DNA from: Lingula anatina
Lineage: Eukaryota > Animalia > Brachiopoda
Reading direction: 5' to 3'
Length of the DNA stretch: 64,000 nt
Assembly (NCBI GenBank): GCA_051362555.1
Contig: CM120645.1
Location: 17,856,001-17,920,000, forward strand
The first letter of the stretch is position 1. The number at the start of each line of letters is the position of its first letter. Shown here piece by piece: positions 53,877 to 64,000 of the stretch. A program made the translations under genes and the position numbers. The notes below the pieces were generated by a model. It worked only from the letters and a program-made list of their open reading frames with translations, ran no database searches and was not told the origin of the DNA.

Positions 53877-56710
53877 GAACAACAAAGTATAGCAATATCA
53901 TTATTGCACGACCTGTGCTGAGGCTGCGATGTTGTGGTCCTGATGTGATGAAGAGTTTAGATGTCCTAAGTATGATGATAATCAAGCAGATACACCTTCA
54001 TCTCTGCTGAAATCAGAGAACACATCATTAATTTAGAATATATGGAGACATATACAGCAGTTACAACATAGACACATCACAGTGATCAATAAATATATAT
54101 ATATATATATATAACAAAGTGACAGTCACCTCAACCTGTCTATCTATAACAGGTTACCAAGAACTGGTAACTTTACTAACGTAACTCCATCACATTTACA
54201 GCAACTTATTCATCCTGATGCTGACCTTGCAAGGAATTCAGTTTATTGGAATGTATTTCTGAATAACAAGTTAAGAAAATTCACTAGTTCACTAAAGACA
54301 CAAAACAACTGTCACCTTTACTTTAAAACCCTTTTGTTATTATTTTGATAAATTTAGTTACAGTATTGATAAACAAAGTATCACGTTTTCAATAATTAAT
54401 ATTTTAAATTACAATCCATAACTTCAAGGTTGGGTCAATTACCAAAATACAACGTTGAGTCAATGTCACATTATGACGGTGTTTTGACATGGCTGGATCA
54501 ACATTGATTTTACATTGAATTTAGGTAGATCAAAAGCAATTCAACGTATCAACCTGTTTTCAACGTTGATCCAACACGACTATGCCTGCTGGGTAGAGCC
54601 AATTTTAACATCGTCGACTTTCCATTTGTGGTGGTTGAGCTAGACCAATCGCGAAACACCGATTGTACTAAAACTGAGTAGGACCTAAGTGACCCTTTTA
54701 CAAAATGATAATTACCAAGATAATATATATAGTGGTGCTGGTCAAAAGAGAACAACAAAGTATAGCAATATCATTATTGCACTGACCTGTGCTGAGGCTG
54801 CGATGTTGTGGTCCTGATGTGATGAAGAGTTTAGATGTCCTAAGTATGATGATAATCAAGCAGATACACCTTCATCTCTGCTGAAATCAGAGAACACATC
54901 ATTAATTTAGAATATATGGAGACATATACAGCAGTTACAACATAGACACATCACAGTGATCAATAAATATATATATATATATATATAACAAAGTGACAGT
55001 CACCTCAACCTGTCTATCTATAACAGGTTACCAAGAACTGGTAACTTTACTAACGAAACTCCATCACATTTACAGCAACTTATTCATCCTGATGCTGACC
55101 TTGCAAGGAATTCAGTTTATTGGAATGTATTTCTGAATAACAAGTTAAGAAAATTCACTAGTTCACTAAAGACACAAAACAACTGTCACCTTTACTTTAA
55201 AACCCTTTTGTTATTATTTTGATAAATTTAGTTACAGTATTGATAAACAAAGTATCACGTTTTCAATAATTAATATTTTAAATTACAATCCATAACTTCA
55301 AGGTTGGGTCAATTACCAAAATACAACGTTGAGTCAATGTCACATTATGACGGTGTTTTGACATGGCTGGATCAACATTGATTTTACATTGAATTTAGGT
55401 AGATCAAAAGCAATTCAACGTATCAACCTGTTTTCAACGTTGATCCAACACGACTATGCCTGCTGGGTAGAGCCAATTTTAACATCGTCGACTTTCCATT
55501 TGTGGTGGTTGAGCTAGACCAATCGCGAAACACCGATTGTACTAAAACTGAGTAGGACCTAAGTGACCCTTTTACAAAATGATAATTACCAAGATAATAT
55601 ATATAGTGGTGCTGGTCAAAAGAGAACAACAAAGTATAGCAATATCATTATTGCACTGACCTGTGCTGAGGCTGCGATGTTGTGGTCCTGATGTGATGAA
55701 GAGTTTAGATGTCCTAAGTATGATGATAATCAAGCAGATACACCTTCATCTCTGCTGAAATCAGAGAACACATCATTAATTTAGAATATATGGAGACATA
55801 TACAGCAGTTACAACATAGACACATCACAGTGATCAATAAATATATATATATATATATATAACAAAGTGACAGTCACCTCAACCTGTCTATCTATAACAG
55901 GTTACCAAGAACTGGTAACTTTACTAACGTAACTCCATCACATTTACAGCAACTTATTCATCCTGATGCTGACCTTGCAAGGAATTCAGTTTATTGGAAT
56001 GTATTTCTGAATAACAAGTTAAGAAAATTCACTAGTTCACTAAAGACACAAAACAACTGTCACCTTTACTTTAAAACCCTTTTGTTATTATTTTGATAAA
56101 TTTAGTTACAGTATTGATAAACAAAGTATCACGTTTTCAATAATTAATATTTTAAATTACAATCCATAACTTCAAGGTTGGGTCAATTACCAAAATACAA
56201 CGTTGAGTCAATGTCACATTATGACGGTGTTTTGACATGGCTGGATCAACATTGATTTTACATTGAATTTAGGTAGATCAAAAGCAATTCAACGTATCAA
56301 CCTGTTTTCAACGTTGATCCAACACGACTATGCCTGCTGGGTAGAGCCAATTTTAACATCGTCGACTTTCCATTTGTGGTGGTTGAGCTAGACCAATCGC
56401 GAAACACCGATTGTACTAAAACTGAGTAGGACCTAAGTGACCCTTTTACAAAATGATAATTACCAAGATAATATATATAGTGGTGCTGGTCAAAAGAGAA
56501 CAACAAAGTATAGCAATATCATTATTGCACTGACCTGTGCTGAGGCTGCGATGTTGTGGTCCTGATGTGATGAAGAGTTTAGATGTCCTAAGTATGATGA
56601 TAATCAAGCAGATACACCTTCATCTCTGCTGAAATCAGAGAACACATCATTAATTTAGAATATATGGAGACATATACAGCAGTTACAACATAGACACATC
56701 ACAGTGATCA

Positions 56711-56743
<33 letters not shown>

Positions 56744-57592
56744 ACAAAGTGACAGTCACCTCAACCTGTCTATCTATAACAGGTTACCAAGAACTGGTAA
56801 CTTTACTAACGTAACTCCATCACATTTACAGCAACTTATTCATCCTGATGCTGACCTTGCAAGGAATTCAGTTTATTGGAATGTATTTCTGAATAACAAG
56901 TTAAGAAAATTCACTAGTTCACTAAAGACACAAAACAACTGTCACCTTTACTTTAAAACCCTTTTGTTATTATTTTGATAAATTTAGTTACAGTATTGAT
57001 AAACAAAGTATCACGTTTTCAATAATTAATATTTTAAATTACAATCCATAACTTCAAGGTTGGGTCAATTACCAAAATACAACGTTGAGTCAATGTCACA
57101 TTATGACGGTGTTTTGACATGGCTGGATCAACATTGATTTTACATTGAATTTAGGTAGATCAAAAGCAATTCAACGTATCAACCTGTTTTCAACGTTGAT
57201 CCAACACGACTATGCCTGCTGGGTAGAGCCAATTTTAACATCGTCGACTTTCCATTTGTGGTGGTTGAGCTAGACCAATCGCGAAACACCGATTGTACTA
57301 AAACTGAGTAGGACCTAAGTGACCCTTTTACAAAATGATAATTACCAAGATAATATATATAGTGGTGCTGGTCAAAAGAGAACAACAAAGTATAGCAATA
57401 TCATTATTGCACTGACCTGTGCTGAGGCTGCGATGTTGTGGTCCTGATGTGATGAAGAGTTTAGATGTCCTAAGTATGATGATAATCAAGCAGATACACC
57501 TTCATCTCTGCTGAAATCAGAGAACACATCATTAATTTAGAATATATGGAGACATATACAGCAGTTACAACATAGACACATCACAGTGATCA

Positions 57593-57623
<31 letters not shown>

Positions 57624-58472
57624 ACAAAGTGACAGTCACCTCAACCTGTCTATCTATAACAGGTTACCAAGAACTGGTAACTTTACTAACGTAACTCCAT
57701 CACATTTACAGCAACTTATTCATCCTGATGCTGACCTTGCAAGGAATTCAGTTTATTGGAATGTATTTCTGAATAACAAGTTAAGAAAATTCACTAGTTC
57801 ACTAAAGACACAAAACAACTGTCACCTTTACTTTAAAACCCTTTTGTTATTATTTTGATAAATTTAGTTACAGTATTGATAAACAAAGTATCACGTTTTC
57901 AATAATTAATATTTTAAATTACAATCCATAACTTCAAGGTTGGGTCAATTACCAAAATACAACGTTGAGTCAATGTCACATTATGACGGTGTTTTGACAT
58001 GGCTGGATCAACATTGATTTTACATTGAATTTAGGTAGATCAAAAGCAATTCAACGTATCAACCTGTTTTCAACGTTGATCCAACACGACTATGCCTGCT
58101 GGGTAGAGCCAATTTTAACATCGTCGACTTTCCATTTGTGGTGGTTGAGCTAGACCAATCGCGAAACACCGATTGTACTAAAACTGAGTAGGACCTAAGT
58201 GACCCTTTTACAAAATGATAATTACCAAGATAATATATATAGTGGTGCTGGTCAAAAGAGAACAACAAAGTATAGCAATATCATTATTGCACTGACCTGT
58301 GCTGAGGCTGCGATGTTGTGGTCCTGATGTGATGAAGAGTTTAGATGTCCTAAGTATGATGATAATCAAGCAGATACACCTTCATCTCTGCTGAAATCAG
58401 AGAACACATCATTAATTTAGAATATATGGAGACATATACAGCAGTTACAACATAGACACATCACAGTGATCA

Positions 58473-58503
<31 letters not shown>

Positions 58504-61500
58504 ACAAAGTGACAGTCACCTCAACCTGTCTATCTATAACAGGTTTCCAAGAACTGGTAACTTTACTAACGTAACTCCATCACATTTACAGCAACTTATT
58601 CATCCTGATGCTGACCTTGCAAGGAATTCAGTTTATTGGAATGTATTTCTGAATAACAAGTTAAGAAAATTCACTAGTTCACTAAAGACACAAAACAACT
58701 GTCACCTTTACTTTAAAACCCTTTTGTTATTATTTTGATAAATTTAGTTACAGTATTGATAAACAAAGTATCACGTTTTCAATAATTAATATTTTAAATT
58801 ACAATCCATAACTTCAAGGTTGGGTCAATTACCAAAATACAACGTTGAGTCAATGTCACATTATGACGGTGTTTTGACATGGCTGGATCAACATTGATTT
58901 TACATTGAATTTAGGTAGATCAAAAGCAATTCAACGTATCAACCTGTTTTCAACGTTGATCCAACACGACTATGCCTGCTGGGTAGAGCCAATTTTAACA
59001 TCGTCGACTTTCCATTTGTGGTGGTTGAGCTAGACCAATCGCGAAACACCGATTGTACTAAAACTGAGTAGGACCTAAGTGACCCTTTTACAAAATGATA
59101 ATTACCAAGATAATATATATAGTGGTGCTGGTCAAAAGAGAACAACAAAGTATAGCAATATCATTATTGCACTGACCTGTGCTGAGGCTGCGATGTTGTG
59201 GTCCTGATGTGATGAAGAGTTTAGATGTCCTAAGTATGATGATAATCAAGCAGATACACCTTCATCTCTGCTGAAATCAGAGAACACATCATTAATTTAG
59301 AATATATGGAGACATATACAGCAGTTACAACATAGACACATCACAGTGATCAATAAATATATATATATATATATATAACAAAGTGACAGTCACCTCAACC
59401 TGTCTATCTATAACAGGTTACCAAGAACTGGTAACTTTACTAACGTAACTCCATCACATTTACAGCAACTTATTCATCCTGATGCTGACCTTGCAAGGAA
59501 TTCAGTTTATTGGAATGTATTTCTGAATAACAAGTTAAGAAAATTCACTAGTTCACTAAAGACACAAAACAACTGTCACCTTTACTTTAAAACCCTTTTG
59601 TTATTATTTTGATAAATTTAGTTACAGTATTGATAAACAAAGTATCACGTTTTCAATAATTAATATTTTAAATTACAATCCATAACTTCAAGGTTGGGTC
59701 AATTACCAAAATACAACGTTGAGTCAATGTCACATTATGACGGTGTTTTGACATGGCTGGATCAACGTTGATTTTACATTGAATTTAGGTAGATCAAAAG
59801 CAATTCAACGTATCAACCTGTTTTCAACGTTGATCCAACACGACTATGCCTGCTGGGTAGAGCCAATTTTAACATCGTCGACTTTCCATTTGTGGTGGTT
59901 GAGCTAGACCAATCGCGAAACACCGATTGTACTAAAACTGAGTAGGACCTAAGTGACCCTTTTACAAAATGATAATTACCAAGATAATATATATAGTGGT
60001 GCTGGTCAAAAGAGAACAACAAAGTATAGCAATATCATTATTGCACTGACCTGTGCTGAGGCTGCGATGTTGTGGTCCTGATGTGATGAAGAGTTTAGAT
60101 GTCCTAAGTATGATGATAATCAAGCAGATACACCTTCATCTCTGCTGAAATCAGAGAACACATCATTAATTTAGAATATATGGAGACATATACAGCAGTT
60201 ACAACATAGACACATCACAGTGATCAATAAATATATATATATATATATATAACAAAGTGACAGTCACCTCAACCTGTCTATCTATAACAGGTTACCAAGA
60301 ACTGGTAACTTTACTAACGTAACTCCATCACATTTACAGCAACTTATTCATCCTGATGCTGACCTTGCAAGGAATTCAGTTTATTGGAATGTATTTCTGA
60401 ATAACAAGTTAAGAAAATTCACTAGTTCACTAAAGACACAAAACAACTGTCACCTTTACTTTAAAACCCTTTTGTTATTATTTTGATAAATTTAGTTACA
60501 GTATTGATAAACAAAGTATCACGTTTTCAATAATTAATATTTTAAATTACAATCCATAACTTCAAGGTTGGGTCAATTACCAAAATACAACGTTGAGTCA
60601 ATGTCACATTATGACGGTGTTTTGACATGGCTGGATCAACATTGATTTTACATTGAATTTAGGTAGATCAAAAGCAATTCAACGTATCAACCTGTTTTCA
60701 ACGTTGATCCAACACGACTATGCCTGCTGGGTAGAGCCAATTTTAACATCGTCGACTTTCCATTTGTGGTGGTTGAGCTAGACCAATCGCGAAACACCGA
60801 TTGTACTAAAACTGAGTAGGACCTAAGTGACCCTTTTACAAAATGATAATTACCAAGATAATATATATAGTGGTGCTGGTCAAAAGAGAACAACAAAGTA
60901 TAGCAATATCATTATTGCACTGACCTGTGCTGAGGCTGCGATGTTGTGGTCCTGATGTGATGAAGAGTTTAGATGTCCTAAGTATGATGATAATCAAGCA
61001 GATACACCTTCATCTCTGCTGAAATCAGAGAACACATCATTAATTTAGAATATATGGAGACATATACAGCAGTTACAACATAGACACATCACAGTGATCA
61101 ATAAATATATATATATATATATATATAACAAAGTGACAGTCACCTCAACCTGTCTATCTATAACAGGTTACCAAGAACTGGTAACTTAACTAACGTAACT
61201 CCATCACATTTACAGCAACTTATTCATCCTGATGCTGACCTTGCAAGGAATTCAGTTTATTGGAATGTATTTCTGAATAACAAGTTAAGAAAATTCACTA
61301 GTTCACTAAAGACACAAAACAACTGTCACCTTTACTTTAAAACCCTTTTGTTATTATTTTGATAAATTTAGTTACAGTATTGATAAACAAAGTATCACGT
61401 TTTCAATAATTAATATTTTAAATTACAATCCATAACTTCAAGGTTGGGTCAATTACCAAAATACAACGTTGAGTCAATGTCACATTATGACGGTGTTTTG

Positions 61501-62560
61501 ACATGGCTGGATCAACATTGATTTTACATTGAATTTAGGTAGATCAAAAGCAATTCAACGTATCAACCTGTTTTCAACGTTGATCCAACACGACTATGCC
61601 TGCTGGGTAGAGCCAATTTTAACATCGTCGACTTTCCATTTGTGGTGGTTGAGCTAGACCAATCGCGAAACACCGATTGTACTAAAACTGAGTAGGACCT
61701 AAGTGACCCTTTTACAAAATGATAATTACCAAGATAATATATATAGTGGTGCTGGTCAAAAGAGAACAACAAAGTATAGCAATATCATTATTGCACTGAC
61801 CTGTGCTGAGGCTGCGATGTTGTGGTCCTGATGTGATGAAGAGTTTAGATGTCCTAAGTATGATGATAATCAAGCAGATACACCTTCATCTCTGCTGAAA
61901 TCAGAGAACACATCATTAATTTAGAATATATGGAGACATATACAGCAGTTACAACATAGACACATCACAGTGATCAATAAATATATATATATATATATAT
62001 ATAACAAAGTGACAGTCACCTCAACCTGTCTATCTATAACAGGTTACCAAGAACTGGTAACTTTACTAACGTAACTCCATCACATTTACAGCAACTTATT
62101 CATCCTGATGCTGACCTTGCAAGGAATTCAGTTTATTGGAATGTATTTCTGAATAACAAGTTAAGAAAATTCACTAGTTCACTAAAGACACAAAACAACT
62201 GTCACGTTTACTTTAAAACCCTTTTGTTATTATTTTGATAAATTTATATAGTTACAGTATTGATAAACAAAGTATCACGTTTTCAATAATTAATATTTTA
62301 AATTACAATCCATAACTGCATGGTTGTGTCAATTACCAATATACCATGTTGAGTCAATGTCACATTATGACGGTTTTTTGATGTGGCTGGATCAATGTTG
62401 ATTTTACGTTGAATTTAGGTAGATCAACAGCAATTCAAAGTATCAACCTGTTTTCAACATTGATCCAACGTGCCTATGCCTGCTGGGTAGAGCCAATTTT
62501 AACATCTTCGACTTTCCAATTGTGGTGGTTGAGCTACACAAATTGTGAGACACCGATTGT
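53877..62560. repeat. Tandem array of ~10 nearly identical 874-882 bp units
   Basis: Identical 69 aa track ORF at 54549, 55423, 56297, 57179, 58059, 58939, 59813, 60687 and 61563. Period differences come from an internal (TA)n. The last unit (~62200-62560) is diverged. Confidence 0.98.
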
Positions 62561-62675
62561 TGTAGTGCTGACTAATTCCATTATGTTTAAAGTACTAGAG
62601 CCGAATTTGACAGCATCGATTTTTCAATTGTTGTAGTTGAGCTGGACCAATCGCTAGGCTGGGAGAAAAACTGCA

Positions 62676-62747
62676 GGCTCCCCCTGGGATTCGAACCCGG
62701 GACTCTTGCTCACTGTCCAACTGCTCTACCAACTGAGCTACCCAGCC
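62676..62747 (-). mobile_element. tRNA-derived SINE head / tRNA pseudogene
   Basis: Minus strand GGCTGGGTAGCTCAGTTGGTAGAGC (A box) ... GGGTTCGAATCCC (B box), then TTTTT. The anticodon arm does not fold canonically. Confidence 0.7.
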
Positions 62748-63269
62748 AGGGCCAACACCCGGCAGCCGTTACAGGGGCTAGAGCCAATTTTAACATCTTC
62801 GACTTTCCAATTGTGGTAGTTGAGCTAGACCAATCGCGACACACCGATTGTACTAGTTCGGATCAATTCCAGTATGTTTAAAGTACTATAGCCAATTTCG
62901 ACAGCATAGACTTTCTGATTGTGGTAGTTGAGCTGGACCAATCACTAGGCTGGGAGAAAAACGGCATTACAAAGCATAAGTCCAGTCTTTTTTCCAAACT
63001 CAAACCTGTTAAGGTAAACAGCGTGTTCCAATCCCAGGCGAGCCTGTCCCCCCAAAGAGACATTAGACCAACCGTTTAAGATAGAAAGGACTATTATGAC
63101 AATTTTAAGGAAATGTAAAGGGCATTTTCTTGACAGTCCCAGGTTAGAATCCCGAGCAAACCTGGTGTTTTCTCCCTCCAAAGAGACATAAGACAAACCG
63201 TTTACATTAGAAAGGAATATTATGACAATTTTAAGGTACTTTAAAGGGGATTAAGGCCAATTTGAAAAC

Positions 63270-64000
63270 TATTGAGCTTACCTGACAAATCAAACAAGCA
63301 TTTCATAGTTTCTGAAATCAAAACTGTTCAGACAAACAGCGCCGACGTGGTGTGCCATGGCGCAATTTACCTGGAACCAATTCACCCCTCTTTCTTACCT
63401 CCACATCTACAAGAGCTCATGTCAAGATGAGCCTGGATCATTTCTTGACAGGTACCTGTAGTGGACAAGCAAGATGGACCCAGGCTTGGTAGCTCAGTTG
63501 GTTAGAACAGTCGGATGGTTTGCGAAAGTCCCGGGTTCGAATCCCGATCGAGTCTGGTGTTTTCTTCTCCAAAATAGACATTAGACCAACTGTTTACGAT
63601 AATAAAGACAATATGAATGACTGTTGAACTTACCTGACAAATCTAACAAGCATTTCATAGTTTCTGAAATCAAAACTGTTAAGACAAACAGCGCCGACGT
63701 GGTGTGCCATGACGCAATTTACCTGGAACCAATTCACCCCTCTTTCTTACCTCCACATCTACAAGAGCTCATGTCAAGATGAGCCTGGATCATTTCTTGA
63801 CAGGTACCTGTAGTGGACAAGCAAGATGGACAGAGGCTCGGTAGCTCAGTTGGTTAGAACAGTCGGATGGTTTGCGAAAGTCCCGGGTTCGAATCACGAT
63901 CGAGCCTGGTGTTTTCTTCTCCAAAATAGACATTAGACCAACTGTTTACGATAATAAAGACAATATGAATGACTGTTGAACTTACCTGCCAAATCTAACG
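63270..64000 (+). repeat. 352 bp tandem repeat (2 or more copies, runs off the window), each with a tRNA-derived head
   Basis: Near-identical units. Heads at 63483-63554 and 63835-63906 with TAGCTCAGTTGG and GGTTCGAATC boxes, acceptor-like stem GGCTCGG/TCGAGCC, and a downstream TTTT. Confidence 0.85.

Noticed and set aside
54549-61772. Nine identical 69 aa ORFs that look like a tandem gene cluster
   Set aside because: The ORF has a non-ATG start, spans the junction of unrelated repeat fragments and has no known motif. Identity just reflects recent amplification.
63483-63906. Functional tRNA genes
   Set aside because: The D stem is mismatched and there is no canonical 5 bp anticodon stem with a 7 nt loop. 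Treated as tRNA-derived repeats.

Overview
Repeat-dominated eukaryotic DNA, AT-rich. It is probably from a bivalve or other invertebrate; this is inferred from the repeat families only. No intact host gene is recognisable. (1) 1-4483: a tyrosine-recombinase (YR) retrotransposon with Ngaro/DIRS-type gag, RT-RNaseH and YR. It is inactivated by a TTAA-flanked MITE in gag and a deletion in RT, but the YR ORF is open. (2) 4484-43943: a ~39 kb AC-rich satellite built from ~50 bp subunits arranged in ~350/450 bp units and kb-scale blocks. It carries two copies of one deleted Gypsy-like LTR insertion, a 1.5 kb non-coding relative of the YR element, and a ~120 bp foreign fragment. (3) 44-53.8 kb: old MITEs, Helentron/HINE-like elements and an old repeat family that contains the satellite subunit. 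(4) 53.9-62.5 kb: about 10 nearly identical ~875 bp units. (5) 62.6-64 kb: tRNA-derived (SINE-like) repeats. The most unusual signal is in the non-autonomous YR element. It has neither long ITRs nor split direct repeats. Instead, 5 nt inside one terminal arm it carries a near-perfect complement of its own end-to-end junction, so a circular intermediate would fold into a bulged hairpin across the recombination site. Both YR-family insertions also hit the same type of satellite subunit. The many Cys/Val/Phe-rich ORFs in the track are artefacts of the satellite.
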